DNA of 64,000 nt from a virus (taxonomy: Duplodnaviria; Caudoviricetes), in IMG/VR virus record IMGVR_UViG_3300031994_000006, positions 1-64,000 of that record; one strand, given 5' to 3'. Below are positions 1 to 9,964 of the stretch, piece after piece. Positions within the stretch are counted from its first letter, which is position 1; every line of letters starts with the position of its first letter. The notes under the pieces are model-generated. The model saw only the letters and a program-made list of their open reading frames with translations, made no database searches and was not told where the DNA came from. Made by a program: the position numbers and the translations under genes.

Positions 1-54
1 GGGAAGTCGAGCAGCGTCAATTTGATAAATTTAGACATATGATTCTATATTAAC

Positions 55-348
55 TTATTCATGTATTAATCTTTCAATTGTACAGAGATCCTCAGTCACG
101 CCGTAATCCAAACCGGAAGAAAAATAAACCCATGATTTTGGAACATGAGGCTTCTCCTTGAACCTCTCACTGATTTCAGCTTTTGAGATAAACTTCACAG
201 ATGCCAGGGGAACCAATACAGGACAGATCACGAACCTGCCTTCATACTCATTCCAGGAGCTCCTGGTAAGACGCAGGACCGCAGCCGGATTTGTCGTATG
301 GACCGCAGCCGGATTTGTCGTATTATTCCTTGACTTCTTCATATGCAA
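55..348 (-). CDS. hypothetical protein containing a 24-bp tandem duplication (TTNPAAV x2)
   Basis: ORF downstream of the sigma gene on the same strand. GGACCGCAGCCGGATTTGTCGTAT occurs at 276-299 and 300-323. Confidence 0.5.
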   Translation of the reverse strand: MHMKKSRNNTTNPAAVHTTNPAAVLRLTRSSWNEYEGRFVICPVLVPLASVKFISKAEISERFKEKPHVPKSWVYFSSGLDYGVTEDLCTIERLIHE

Positions 349-366
349 ATTAAATGCACGGCGGCC

Positions 367-1146
367 TTAAAGGTCACCGTACATCTTAGAATAAAGTTCC
401 TTGTGCTTTGTCTGCATGATCTCACGGAGCTCGTTACGTCCGGCCCAGAGCATGTTCTTCACGTTCTTGTAGCCGTACTTCTCCTTAATCTCGTCGACAT
501 GCAGGTTGTTCAGGTACTTCTCGACCATGCAGTTACGCATACGCTCATTCGGGAGCAGGCGCATCTCATTAACGGAAGTGTCATAGAACTCCTGCCATAC
601 CTCATTCATGGTCACGGAGCGCATCTCACCGGTGCCCTCGCCCAGGAACAGGTCGGGATCGCTGTCGTCATATGCGTCGGTGTTCATGCCGTCGGCATAG
701 ACGGTCTTGGGATACAGATCGGAGATGTCGTTGTCGACGACCAGGTCCTTGTCCTTGCCACGGGTTGCGACCTGCAGGCACTGGTTGCGGCAGATACGGT
801 AAATCCAGGTGGAGAGCTGTCCCTTGCCCTCACGGAACTTGCCCGGAGTGCCCTCGGGGCCCTGGATCTTCATGAAGACCTTCTCGAAGGTGACCAGGAC
901 AGCCTCCTCCGCATGCTCGTTATTGCCGAGTATGCCGAATGCGTAGTTGTGCAGGCCGCGCTTCATACGGTTCATGAGGGCCGTGAAGGTACGGTCACAC
1001 GGATTCTCGAGATACTCATTGCAGATTGCGGTGAGTGTATCCTTCTTCTTTTTATCGGTCAGCTCGACGGGAACGGGCTCGCCGATTACCGGAATGAATG
1101 TGGGCTTCTTGACCTCGGCCTGGGTGTTCTTGTTCATTGTTTCCAT
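367..1146 (-). CDS. phage RNA polymerase sigma factor, ECF/sigma-70 region 2 + region 4 type
   Basis: Region-2 pattern (AEEAVLVTFEKVF...QLSTWIYRICRNQC) and region-4-like C-terminus (LPNERMRNCMVEKYLNNL...VKNMLWAGRNEL). Confidence 0.8.
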   Translation of the reverse strand: METMNKNTQAEVKKPTFIPVIGEPVPVELTDKKKKDTLTAICNEYLENPCDRTFTALMNRMKRGLHNYAFGILGNNEHAEEAVLVTFEKVFMKIQGPEGTPGKFREGKGQLSTWIYRICRNQCLQVATRGKDKDLVVDNDISDLYPKTVYADGMNTDAYDDSDPDLFLGEGTGEMRSVTMNEVWQEFYDTSVNEMRLLPNERMRNCMVEKYLNNLHVDEIKEKYGYKNVKNMLWAGRNELREIMQTKHKELYSKMYGDL

Positions 1147-1221
1147 ATTTCCTTTAAAATTTAATGACTTAATACTGATGCGCCGGAGGCTGTTCAGAAG
1201 CTCACCGGCTTAATTACGATG

Positions 1222-1229
1222 CAAAGATA
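1222..1229 (-). promoter_or_regulatory. Bacteroidota housekeeping-sigma -7 element (TATCTTTG), candidate early promoter of the sigma gene
   Basis: Matches TAnnTTTG. The context TTCCGGTAAAAAGCGCTATCTTTGCATCGTAATT is nearly identical to that at 53298. Confidence 0.7.
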
Positions 1230-1274
1230 GCGCTTTTTACCGGAACAGAAAAATTTTCCGGCGTTTTTTCGCGA

Positions 1275-1679
1275 TTAAAGGTCTTTCTTTGCATTCTGTT
1301 CACGCGCATACCCTATCGACGCGCGTATGTTCATATTCATGTCGATATAGTTGCGCCAGATCTCGTCCCAGCCTTCCTCAAGTCCCTCAATCGAAGGCGC
1401 CTCTATGAAGTAGCATCCGCCGTCACGATTGTCAATCGTCCAGGCGTCGTCCGGATATCCGGTCATGACGCCTTTCAGGGGAACCCCCTCATCTATGTTT
1501 TCTCTGTAATGGATATAGAGCTTCAGTCCTGTCGCCGGATACTGGGTAATATACTCCTCAGCCACGTATTCCTCGACATCGGGATGGAAATCGGTGACGC
1601 TTGTGTTAATGAACATGCGGTATACCGGATCACCGGCCTTGACCTGTCTGAATGTCTTGAGAATTTGATTTGCTTCCAT
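1275..1679 (-). CDS. hypothetical protein
   Basis: 134-aa ORF with AT-rich leader and a TCGTTATAT motif upstream (1704-1712). Confidence 0.7.
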   Translation of the reverse strand: MEANQILKTFRQVKAGDPVYRMFINTSVTDFHPDVEEYVAEEYITQYPATGLKLYIHYRENIDEGVPLKGVMTGYPDDAWTIDNRDGGCYFIEAPSIEGLEEGWDEIWRNYIDMNMNIRASIGYAREQNAKKDL

Positions 1680-1721
1680 AATTTAAACCTTTAATACCAT
1701 ATAATATAACGAACGGGAAAG

Positions 1722-1759
1722 AAAAAAGTCACCGGAATTTGCGATTTCCGGTGACTTTT
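1722..1759 (-). terminator. intrinsic terminator
   Basis: AAAAGTCACCGGAA...TTCCGGTGACTTTT stem-loop downstream of the 1779..2294 gene. Confidence 0.75.
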
Positions 1760-1778
1760 AGCATATGGAAGCTCTCGG

Positions 1779-2294
1779 CTACTCAGCCTTTGCAGGAGCG
1801 GGTTCCTGTGTCTCCTCTGCGGGAGCGGGAGCAGGAGCCTCTGCAGGAGCCTCACCTTCCTGCGGAACGGGAGGAACAGGAGCGACCGACCAGAGCTTGG
1901 CCTGACCCTCGGGAGTCTTGATGGACTCCATGAAGCCGGCGATGACATTGTACGGCGCGAGAGACACGAGATTCAGGAACTCGTTCATCTGCTGCTCCGT
2001 CATCGGACGGTTCTCGAAGTTCTTCAGGATATCGAACAGCTGCCATACCTGGATATGGCGCTCGGGGATACCGAGCTCACGGTTGTAACCGAGGTTTCCG
2101 ATAGTCTCCTCAAGGGCCTTCTTCAGCTCGGGCTTGATAGTCACGAGCAGCTGCGGGCGGGGATCCATCTGAGGAACGGCCTGAGGCTGTCCCTGAGGCT
2201 CGTTGTACTCCTTGGTCTCGGGCTCCGGCATCTCGGCGTCGGTTCCCTTCACCTCCTGATCAACCTCAGGATTCTTAGTCACGTCTTTTGACAT
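1779..2294 (-). CDS. hypothetical protein with Pro/Ala/Glu-rich termini
   Basis: 171-aa ORF, typical codon usage, followed by a terminator, GCGTTTAAT upstream at 2360-2368. Confidence 0.75.
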   Translation of the reverse strand: MSKDVTKNPEVDQEVKGTDAEMPEPETKEYNEPQGQPQAVPQMDPRPQLLVTIKPELKKALEETIGNLGYNRELGIPERHIQVWQLFDILKNFENRPMTEQQMNEFLNLVSLAPYNVIAGFMESIKTPEGQAKLWSVAPVPPVPQEGEAPAEAPAPAPAEETQEPAPAKAE

Positions 2295-2384
2295 ACTTGG
2301 AAATTAACGTTAATTTTGTTTGTCGTTCGGCTGCGCCTGAGCGCATGCACCTCTTATATATTAAACGCTGAAGAGCGTTAATTG

Positions 2385-2900
2385 TCATTCCGGTTTCTTC
2401 CTTGACGCTATCATATCCGGCGATACATACCGGATCTTGTACAGAAACTTGATATCGAGTGTATTTATATCGTCAAATGAAGGCACACGCATCTGCAGTT
2501 CCATCGTAAGCCGGTGCTCAATCGCCTTGATAATATCAAGGAACGTCATATCAGACGTCCTGTTGCCCTCTATCCATACCGGCAGGATATGCCGTATCTT
2601 GAACGACGCCACGATGACGTACTCGTAATAGATGAGTATGACCTTAACATCAGAGCACTCATCCGTCCGGTCGGCGTCGAGCGGCGGATCGGCCATCGGA
2701 TCGAAGTTCTCAAAATCCTTGTAGATTATCAGGTACGGGTCATTAAGATAATTACCGGACTCTATAGTGAACTCGGATCTGGTCTGTTCAATCTTGAGAA
2801 GAGGATTCTCCTCCGTGTCCTTCTCAGTCTGTATCTTCGAATTGCCCTTCTTGATTTTAGGCTTCGGCGGTTTTTCAATAGTCTTCTTTCTTACAGGCAT
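2385..2900 (-). CDS. hypothetical protein
   Basis: 171-aa ORF with GCGTTTAAT 5 nt before the ATG. Confidence 0.7.
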   Translation of the reverse strand: MPVRKKTIEKPPKPKIKKGNSKIQTEKDTEENPLLKIEQTRSEFTIESGNYLNDPYLIIYKDFENFDPMADPPLDADRTDECSDVKVILIYYEYVIVASFKIRHILPVWIEGNRTSDMTFLDIIKAIEHRLTMELQMRVPSFDDINTLDIKFLYKIRYVSPDMIASRKKPE

Positions 2901-2963
2901 ATAAAATTAAACGCGTGCATATGAATTATGTCACATGCACGCATATCTATATTCAAGACTGAA

Positions 2964-3344
2964 TTAGTCTTCGGGATTATCAGTTGGCGTATCACCGCCG
3001 GACTCACCGCCGGACTCGTCACCGCCGGTTGAAGGATCATCAGGCGTGGGAGTGTCTCCTCCGGTTGAAGGATCCTCGGGCGTGGGCTCGTCACCGCCGG
3101 TTGAAGGATCCTCAGGTGTGGGAGTGTCACCGCCGCCGGGCTCGTCACCGCCGGGTATATTGTCCTCAACATCAGAGTCAAGGCCGAATTCGTTCGTAGA
3201 GTCACAGAACGAGAAATGTGGCCTGTCCACATTACCGCCGGTCAGGAAGTTCTCCTGAAGTATACGGCTCTTGAAAAGTCTAATAAACTTCATAGGTCGA
3301 ATAAAGTCCGTTATTTTTAAGCGGTTACATTGATCACAGGCCAC
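2964..3344 (-). CDS. protein with GGD(E/T)PTPEDPST repeats (true start probably MKFIRL, 3293)
   Basis: Tandem 36-nt repeats encode an acidic Pro/Gly linker. Lies downstream of the structural-like genes. Confidence 0.6.
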   Translation of the reverse strand: MACDQCNRLKITDFIRPMKFIRLFKSRILQENFLTGGNVDRPHFSFCDSTNEFGLDSDVEDNIPGGDEPGGGDTPTPEDPSTGGDEPTPEDPSTGGDTPTPDDPSTGGDESGGESGGDTPTDNPED

Positions 3345-4033
3345 TCGTCCTCATTGTAGGAACGGACATAGTCGGAAGGATCCGCGTGGTTGTCAAGGCA
3401 TCCGATAATAACCTGTCTGTCGTAATGGTCAGGCTGAAGTCCGAACGTATCAGTTCCGCCTGCATAGACCGTACCGTCAGGCATCGTGAGATTCTTGATA
3501 TTGATCTTCAGGCCGGTCTCCTTGCCGAAGCACTTGCCGAAATCCTCACCCTTTGTGTGATCGGCGCGGTAGTCCTCAAGCAGCATGAATCCCGCCCAGA
3601 TGCCGGCCGAGCCTGCAGGATCCTCCCATCCGTCGCAGACACAGTCCTCGATATTAATCGTGACGTTCTTCGACATGCTGTAGTTGGAGAACCTGATCGC
3701 GTTCGAAACCTGCTTGAAATAGCAGTTCTTGATTGTGATGACGGCATTATCGGCACAGTCGAAAATCAGGATACCGTTGTTCGTGATAGTACCCTCGATG
3801 CGGACGTTGTCGACGGTAATCCTCCGGGGCCTGTAGGTCTTCGTCCCGCTGTTGAGTCCGATCTCAATCGCATTGTAACGGGTACCGGCGCATGCGGCGT
3901 CCGTCAGGGTGACGTCCTTGACGATTACCTCATCATCGGCCTTGAGGTTGATTCCGCAGTTCTTGTTGACGGTAAGCTGCGACCTGTTATAGGGCGCGCT
4001 GTACACGACGTTCTCAAGCTTTACGATTTTCAT
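3317..4033 (-). CDS. putative parallel beta-helix (pectin-lyase-like) protein
   Basis: Repeated beta-strand patterns ITVDNVRI, ITIKNCYF, VTINIEDCVC, INIKNLTM. Confidence 0.5.
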   Translation of the reverse strand: MKIVKLENVVYSAPYNRSQLTVNKNCGINLKADDEVIVKDVTLTDAACAGTRYNAIEIGLNSGTKTYRPRRITVDNVRIEGTITNNGILIFDCADNAVITIKNCYFKQVSNAIRFSNYSMSKNVTINIEDCVCDGWEDPAGSAGIWAGFMLLEDYRADHTKGEDFGKCFGKETGLKINIKNLTMPDGTVYAGGTDTFGLQPDHYDRQVIIGCLDNHADPSDYVRSYNEDEWPVINVTA

Positions 4034-4081
4034 AGTATATTTCAGTCTGGTGTATTTTTCAATTAATGACCCGACTGCACA

Positions 4082-6832
4082 TTACTGTGCAATCAGGGTC
4101 ATGTTGGTATTCTCACCGGTGTGCTCGAAGTCGGTCGCGAAAACCGAGTTCGCCACGACTGAGACAGGCTGGGAGACAGACTCACCCTCTCCGGCCGTCA
4201 GCGCGACGTCCTGGGTCGTGTCATTCACCGTAACGGGATCCGTGCCGGAGGCGAGCGTCTGAACGGCGTTCTGCTCCTGTGCGGCGGCCTCGAGGGCGTC
4301 AACCCTTGCAATCAGGACCTGAAGCGCGGTCTTGAGACCCTCATTCTCAGCGGCGACCTTGTCGAAGTCGGCCTTCTTGACATAGTTTGCCGCGAGAGAC
4401 GCGTCGAGCGCGGCGACAGACTGCTCAAGGCCCTTGATGTCCTCGAACGCCTTGTTCAGGCCCGCGGAGACGACCTTCTCATTGTCGACGATGACCTTGT
4501 AGACGGCCTTGCCCTTAACGGCGTTCTCGCCGTTCTCGGTAAGTTCGTCATCGATGGTAATCTGAGTCTGATTCTGAGACAGGGCCTCAATCTGCTGGCC
4601 GATCTGGTTGACATGACCGGTAACATAGCTCTGGATGCTGGCATCCTCGGCGTCGATAGCGGTCGAAATGTCGTTCTTGGATGCGAACGAGTTGAAGTCG
4701 GGCAGCTCAGCCTTCGTGGCGAACAGCGTAAAGTCGGGCAGCTCAGCCTTCGCGGCGAACAGCGTGAAGTCAGGCAGCTCGTTCTTCATCGCGAATGAAG
4801 AATAGTCGATACCGTTAATCTGGTCGGCGATATAGGACTGGATGCTCGTGTCATATCCGGCAAGATCCGTGGCAAAGGCGGTCTTGGTGACATAGTTCTG
4901 CTCAAGATCGGCAGAATTCGTATAGTCACCGAGAGCGGTCGTCAGGGCGTCGCCGGTGATCAGGTTCGGGATGATCTCCTTAATGTCGTTGATTGACGAG
5001 TCAATCTCAAGGAACTTGGCGTCTGCGTAGTCCTTGGCCTGACCGACGGCATTGGCGACGGCCGCGGTGTCCTTGTTGTCAATCTCCTCCTTGGTGTAGG
5101 TACCATTGGCGACAGCCTCGACGGAAGCGGCAGATGCCTTGGTGACAATCTCCTCCTGGAGCGCATCGATAGAAGCGTCAATATCGGCGTCCTTGAGCTG
5201 CTGCTCGGCCTGGAACGCGGAGACGTCGGCCTTCAGCGCATAGGTATCGGCGGCAGTGCTGGAATCGGCAGAGATACGGGCCTCGAGCTGCGCAAGGGCG
5301 GTATCGACCTCGGCCTTGGTGTAATAGCCGGTCATGTCAACCCTCTTCTGGATGCCGAGACGCTCGAACGCGCCGGCCTCACCGGTCGGGTTGATATACT
5401 CGACGAACATGTCATCCTCATGCTCACCCTGATCGGCGACCAGATAGATGGTGGACGCGCTGATCTCCTCGATGGCGTCAAGAGACTCGACAACCTCGAA
5501 CTTGAACTTCGGAATCAGGCTCATCTCAGCGCGGAGATCCGATGCGAGCATCTGGACGTTGCCGAGAGTGGCGAAGTTGTTCTGCTGCAGGATAGGATTG
5601 ACGGCATCGGCCACCTTGGCGGCGAAGTTGTCCACCACGTCGTTCCACTGAGTACGCTCGGCAGCCGTGATGTGGGCGACCGTGTCATTGAAGTGGGCGG
5701 CGGCAGTCTGCAGATGAGCGGCGAAATCAGTGGCGGACGTGAAGTCTGCGGGGTTGATATCATCCGCACCGACCTTCTCGAACGCATTGTTGTGCCATAC
5801 GTACTCGGTATAGAGATTGCCCTCATGGGCGAGTCCGTTCTCCTTCGGGATCAGGTAGATCCTGTTGGCCATAGGATGCTCGATGTCGGTCAGGGCCTCA
5901 TGTACGCTGATGGCGAAACCGTCATAGTTCGCAAGGGCCTCGGCGATACTGGCGTCGATACGCGCGCCCTGTGCGGCCATGGCCTGTTTGGTGGCATACG
6001 TAGAGGCTGCGAACTCTGCGGGGAGGTACGTGGCCTCGATAGCCGCATAGTCGTTACCGGTCAGGAACTTCTGATCGGCCTCGTTCTTCGTATAGTAGCC
6101 GTCAAGCTGCGGGATGGCCTTCTCGCCGATGTTCGTCTCCGTGAATACGTCCGCGGGGATGTTCGACAGGGCGATGCTGACGTCGGCAAGATCCTGCTTC
6201 GTGGCGAAGTCCGCGCCCTCGAGCGTCTCGACACGGGTGTCAAGCGCACCAATCTGCTCGGCGGTCGCATAGGTCAGGTCGGCCTCGGACTTCCTGAGAT
6301 AGCGTGTGTCGGCGACAGAGGTCTTGAGGAAGTCCTCCATACCGTCAAGATTATTGACGTTCAGCTCAGAGAGTGCGACGGTAATCTTGCCGTCTACCTC
6401 AGCCTTGGTCGCATAGTTGCCGGCAGGCTGCTTCGCGTTCCAGAAAGCCTTCTCCTCAGCGGTCACGTGCACCTCCTCGTTGTTGATATGAGGAATGACG
6501 ACAGTGTTCTTGAGGTCGTTGAACGTGGTGGTCTTGATGTAGCCGGCCAGCGTAGTCGCCAGCGAGTCATTGTCCACGAAGTTCTCGAGGTTGATCGAGC
6601 CGTTCACGAAGATGTTCGAGAGACGGTTCCAACGATCGCGCTCGGCGGCCGTGATGTGAATGTCGCCGTTGGCCGTATGGTCACGAAGGACAGACGCATA
6701 GGCGATGAACGTCGAGACATCGTCCAGGTTGGTAGACGACAGGCTCGCTCCGAAAATGTTCTGGCGGTCACGCGGGGTAACGGTATTCACCTTACCAGTG
6801 ACAACAACCTTAACCTTATCGTTTTTTGCCAT
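4082..6832 (-). CDS. putative virion fibre/structural protein with HITAAERxxWN and YTKxExD repeats and coiled coil
   Basis: HITAAERDRWN, HVTAEEKAFWN and HITAAERTQWN; YYTKNEAD, YYTKAEVD and YTKEEID; ELPDFTLFA repeats; late-type promoter at 6884-6891. Confidence 0.65.
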   Translation of the reverse strand: MAKNDKVKVVVTGKVNTVTPRDRQNIFGASLSSTNLDDVSTFIAYASVLRDHTANGDIHITAAERDRWNRLSNIFVNGSINLENFVDNDSLATTLAGYIKTTTFNDLKNTVVIPHINNEEVHVTAEEKAFWNAKQPAGNYATKAEVDGKITVALSELNVNNLDGMEDFLKTSVADTRYLRKSEADLTYATAEQIGALDTRVETLEGADFATKQDLADVSIALSNIPADVFTETNIGEKAIPQLDGYYTKNEADQKFLTGNDYAAIEATYLPAEFAASTYATKQAMAAQGARIDASIAEALANYDGFAISVHEALTDIEHPMANRIYLIPKENGLAHEGNLYTEYVWHNNAFEKVGADDINPADFTSATDFAAHLQTAAAHFNDTVAHITAAERTQWNDVVDNFAAKVADAVNPILQQNNFATLGNVQMLASDLRAEMSLIPKFKFEVVESLDAIEEISASTIYLVADQGEHEDDMFVEYINPTGEAGAFERLGIQKRVDMTGYYTKAEVDTALAQLEARISADSSTAADTYALKADVSAFQAEQQLKDADIDASIDALQEEIVTKASAASVEAVANGTYTKEEIDNKDTAAVANAVGQAKDYADAKFLEIDSSINDIKEIIPNLITGDALTTALGDYTNSADLEQNYVTKTAFATDLAGYDTSIQSYIADQINGIDYSSFAMKNELPDFTLFAAKAELPDFTLFATKAELPDFNSFASKNDISTAIDAEDASIQSYVTGHVNQIGQQIEALSQNQTQITIDDELTENGENAVKGKAVYKVIVDNEKVVSAGLNKAFEDIKGLEQSVAALDASLAANYVKKADFDKVAAENEGLKTALQVLIARVDALEAAAQEQNAVQTLASGTDPVTVNDTTQDVALTAGEGESVSQPVSVVANSVFATDFEHTGENTNMTLIAQ

Positions 6833-6883
6833 AATTGTATGTCAGTTTTTACATTATTTTTCAGTCCTTTACAGGATCTGCAT

Positions 6884-6891
6884 TATTTATC
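6884..6891 (-). promoter_or_regulatory. late promoter GATAAATA (T4 TATAAATA-like)
   Basis: The same octamer precedes the portal, protease and other structural genes. Confidence 0.7.
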
Positions 6892-6916
6892 GGAGGCGGC
6901 TGTCGACCAAAAAGAA

Positions 6917-6938
6917 AAAGTCCCGGGAATCCCGGGAC
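6917..6938 (-). terminator. intrinsic terminator after helicase
   Basis: GTCCCGGGA-T-TCCCGGGAC stem followed by a T-run, directly after the TAG stop. Confidence 0.75.
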
Positions 6939-8738
6939 CTACTGCGTCATCCTCATACGCCCGACGAACTCGGGCGGCATCCATGAGGAATCCCTGTAAT
7001 ACAGATCCATAAAGCATCCGTCAAGGATATAGGTTATGCACCAGTCGGTCTTATGCCGGATGCCCCGGCCGAGCGCCTGAATGATCTTATTGGCGGTATC
7101 CGCCTGATACCATCCCGGTATCAGCTCAGACTTGGCCTGTACGAGCTTGTCCGCGAGCGACGCATAGGGTACCTTCATGATAATGATGAACCTGCACATG
7201 TCATCCGGGAAGTTGACGCCCTCGACGAGCGACGGCCCTGATATGATCTTGTCCGCCGACATCTTGAACTCGTCGAGCGCCCGGTGCTTGTCCCTCGCCT
7301 TCTCATATGATATCAGGCGGCGCTGCAGCGACGGATCGGCGAACTGCAGCAGTTTCTTCGAAAACTCGTAATTGCCCGTGTGTATCAGTCCGTGCTGGCC
7401 CTTGTGGTACTCGCATATCATACTGATGTAATTCATAAGCGCGGGGAAGTTCTGATCCTTCTCCTTCCAGCTCATTCGGCATCCCTGCATGATATAGATG
7501 GGCGAGTTCGTGAAGTCGAACGTGGACGGGATACGGCTGAACATGAAATCAGACTCCGCCGCGCCGATATTGACACGGAACATATCGGGGCTGCCGACGG
7601 TCGCGGACAGGAGCATCATCTCCTTACACCTTCCGGTAAAGAACATGTTGACCATTGGTCCCTCTTGCGTGCAGTTGAGCGTGAACTCCTCGGCCTTCTG
7701 TCCGTTGACTACGAGACTGTCAATGCCTATCTTCTTGATGGCGTCGTTGAAGAATGAGATCATCGACTGCAGGTTGGATACGGCCTGCAGGCCGAACGAC
7801 ACCTTCTTGGAGTCCTTGTCCTTCTCCACGTCAGTCTTATTAGCCTTGTCGGACATCCACTCGGCGATCTTCTCGCCGGCATGCTCCCAGAGGCACAGCG
7901 CATCCGTCAAATCGTTCAGGTATTCATACGCGAGTTCCTTTGTGGACGCGTTGAATATCCTCTTGGACAGCGATATCAATGTATCCGCCGATATGTCGAC
8001 ATCCGTCTCTATACAGTGCGACGTGGCATATTTCACGATAGGCTTGAACGTATTCTCATAGGTATACTGGCTGCAGACAGGCGCGCACAGCGACTGTATG
8101 ATTTCAGGTATCTTATGGCACTCGTCGCATATCGTGATATTCCTGATGTCGAACGGCGGTATCTTCTCCATCTCGTCGTACATCGGCTTGACGCGGTTTA
8201 TCTCATAAAAATAGAGCTGATATGTCATCAGGGTGACAGGCGATGACATGGCCATCCTCCTGTGCTGAATGGCCTCACACGACATAGCACACGGGAATCC
8301 GGCCGCACATGCGCTGTCCTTGTTGAGCAGCCTCATAGGCGACACCTTCTGCAGGCGGCACATACCGCTCTGGAACGGCAGGAAGTTCATCGTACAGGTA
8401 TACTGCGCATTTCCCTTCAGATATCCCCATCCGAGCCTGAATCTGTTAAAATCGTCAATATACTGATCGAGCAATGATATGTCGCTCACCAGGATATAGC
8501 TCCTCATACGGTAGTACTGATAGGCGACGCCTGCCGTCACAATGGCTATAATAGACTTACCGGAGCCCGTAGGGGCCTCGGTGACGTTAATCTTGGTAGT
8601 CTTATTGATTATACGATCCAGGGAGGCGATGATATTCTCAAGCTGGTATTCCCTGAACTGGAAACCTGTCCCGAGATGCTCGGCCGCCCATTCCCTGCAC
8701 TGCTGTTCTAATGTCTGTATATCAGTCTTTTTCTCCAC
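6939..8738 (-). CDS. DinG/XPD-family SF2 helicase
   Basis: Q-motif FREYQ, Walker A EAPTGSGKS, Cys cluster, DECH, EGVNFPDDMCRFIII, QALGRGIRH. Confidence 0.9.
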   Translation of the reverse strand: MEKKTDIQTLEQQCREWAAEHLGTGFQFREYQLENIIASLDRIINKTTKINVTEAPTGSGKSIIAIVTAGVAYQYYRMRSYILVSDISLLDQYIDDFNRFRLGWGYLKGNAQYTCTMNFLPFQSGMCRLQKVSPMRLLNKDSACAAGFPCAMSCEAIQHRRMAMSSPVTLMTYQLYFYEINRVKPMYDEMEKIPPFDIRNITICDECHKIPEIIQSLCAPVCSQYTYENTFKPIVKYATSHCIETDVDISADTLISLSKRIFNASTKELAYEYLNDLTDALCLWEHAGEKIAEWMSDKANKTDVEKDKDSKKVSFGLQAVSNLQSMISFFNDAIKKIGIDSLVVNGQKAEEFTLNCTQEGPMVNMFFTGRCKEMMLLSATVGSPDMFRVNIGAAESDFMFSRIPSTFDFTNSPIYIMQGCRMSWKEKDQNFPALMNYISMICEYHKGQHGLIHTGNYEFSKKLLQFADPSLQRRLISYEKARDKHRALDEFKMSADKIISGPSLVEGVNFPDDMCRFIIIMKVPYASLADKLVQAKSELIPGWYQADTANKIIQALGRGIRHKTDWCITYILDGCFMDLYYRDSSWMPPEFVGRMRMTQ

Positions 8739-8821
8739 GTTATAACACAGGATTATTATAAATCTCCTTTATGTTATACGCGCAACCGGCTGTTTGGCCT
8801 GATTCTGCCCGGCTGTTTGGC

Positions 8822-9901
8822 CTAATTCTGCCCGGTCATTTGGCCGACGTATTTGTTCAGTCCCTTCATGCCCTCGGACTTGCGCTTCTTGGAGAAAAGC
8901 CAGCAGAACGTCCTGAACACGGTCAGCATGTTCCTGTCCCCGTGGTACTCGGACGGCGCCATCTGCGCGCTGCAGTCCTGCAGTATCCCCTTCCTGGAGC
9001 ACTGCACCGCGAGGGCGTCTATGAGCGGCCTGTTGCCGCCGAACGTCGCCCTGAAGTTCATGACGAGGTTCTCGAACTGATCCCCGTGCATCGGGGTGAA
9101 CGTATAGCCGTTGTCCCTGACGGCCGATATGAAGGCGTCGACCACGGCCGCTATGTCCTTGGCCGTCGACGGATCCACACGCTCCTCCTTCGACCTGCGG
9201 AAGTTCTCTATGAAGTACGGGGTGTCGATCTTGTACGACTTGCCTCCTTCTTTGGTCAGGAACGTCAGCACGAATCCCTCGGCCTCGCCCGATTCCGTAT
9301 CGAGCAGGGGTATGGATGACGGTCCCTCCTGTCCGAACTTGTCGGTGAACGTCGCCGTGAACGGGGTATCGCTGTCCACGGGGTTGTGCGGGTCACAGTG
9401 CGCCTTGACGAGCTCTATGATCTCGTCCGTCTTGTCGCCGATGACGCCCTCGAATATGACGGGCACGGTCTCGGCCCCGAGACGCCTGGCCAGCTCCCGG
9501 CAGAACTCCATGTTGCCGCGGCCGTTCGACGTCGTCTCTATGTTGAGCAGGCACATATGGCCCTTCGGATACGTATTATAGTGAATGACGTGATGGGTGT
9601 TCGGCACGAGCACCTCGAAATTGACGATATGCACGTACTCCAGGATATCGGCCGCCTTCTTGCCGTTCTTGTGCAGGACGGAAAGCGGCTCATAGTATGC
9701 CGGATTCAGGAATATGTCAAGCCTTGACAGCGACTTGCCCGGGCCCGACTCGCCCTTCTTGCAGAAACGTGTCTTGCCGTTCTCCCTGACGAGCTGCATA
9801 GGCGTGCCGTCGAGCTTCAGCGTGATGCGGCACTGTGCCGTCCGCATCAGGTTCCTTATCTCTTCCTCATCGGAGGCTATCCTGTCGAACAAATGATCCA
9901 T
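8822..9901 (-). CDS. ligase-like nucleotidyltransferase-fold protein (KxDG motif)
   Basis: ITLKLDGTP motif I, NFEVL, VPVIFEG, EAEGFVL and SYKI motifs. The start is moved to MDHLF because the track's extra N-terminus spans a terminator hairpin (9911-9948). Confidence 0.6.
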   Translation of the reverse strand: MDHLFDRIASDEEEIRNLMRTAQCRITLKLDGTPMQLVRENGKTRFCKKGESGPGKSLSRLDIFLNPAYYEPLSVLHKNGKKAADILEYVHIVNFEVLVPNTHHVIHYNTYPKGHMCLLNIETTSNGRGNMEFCRELARRLGAETVPVIFEGVIGDKTDEIIELVKAHCDPHNPVDSDTPFTATFTDKFGQEGPSSIPLLDTESGEAEGFVLTFLTKEGGKSYKIDTPYFIENFRRSKEERVDPSTAKDIAAVVDAFISAVRDNGYTFTPMHGDQFENLVMNFRATFGGNRPLIDALAVQCSRKGILQDCSAQMAPSEYHGDRNMLTVFRTFCWLFSKKRKSEGMKGLNKYVGQMTGQN

Positions 9902-9910
9902 ATAGTATAC

Positions 9911-9948
9911 AAAAAAGTCTGTCAATGTATATATTGACAGACTTTTTC
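9911..9948 (-). terminator. intrinsic terminator
   Basis: AAAAAGTCTGTCAAT...ATTGACAGACTTTTT inverted repeat after the 9965..11662 gene. Confidence 0.75.
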
Positions 9949-9964
9949 TCATATGCTTTACGGA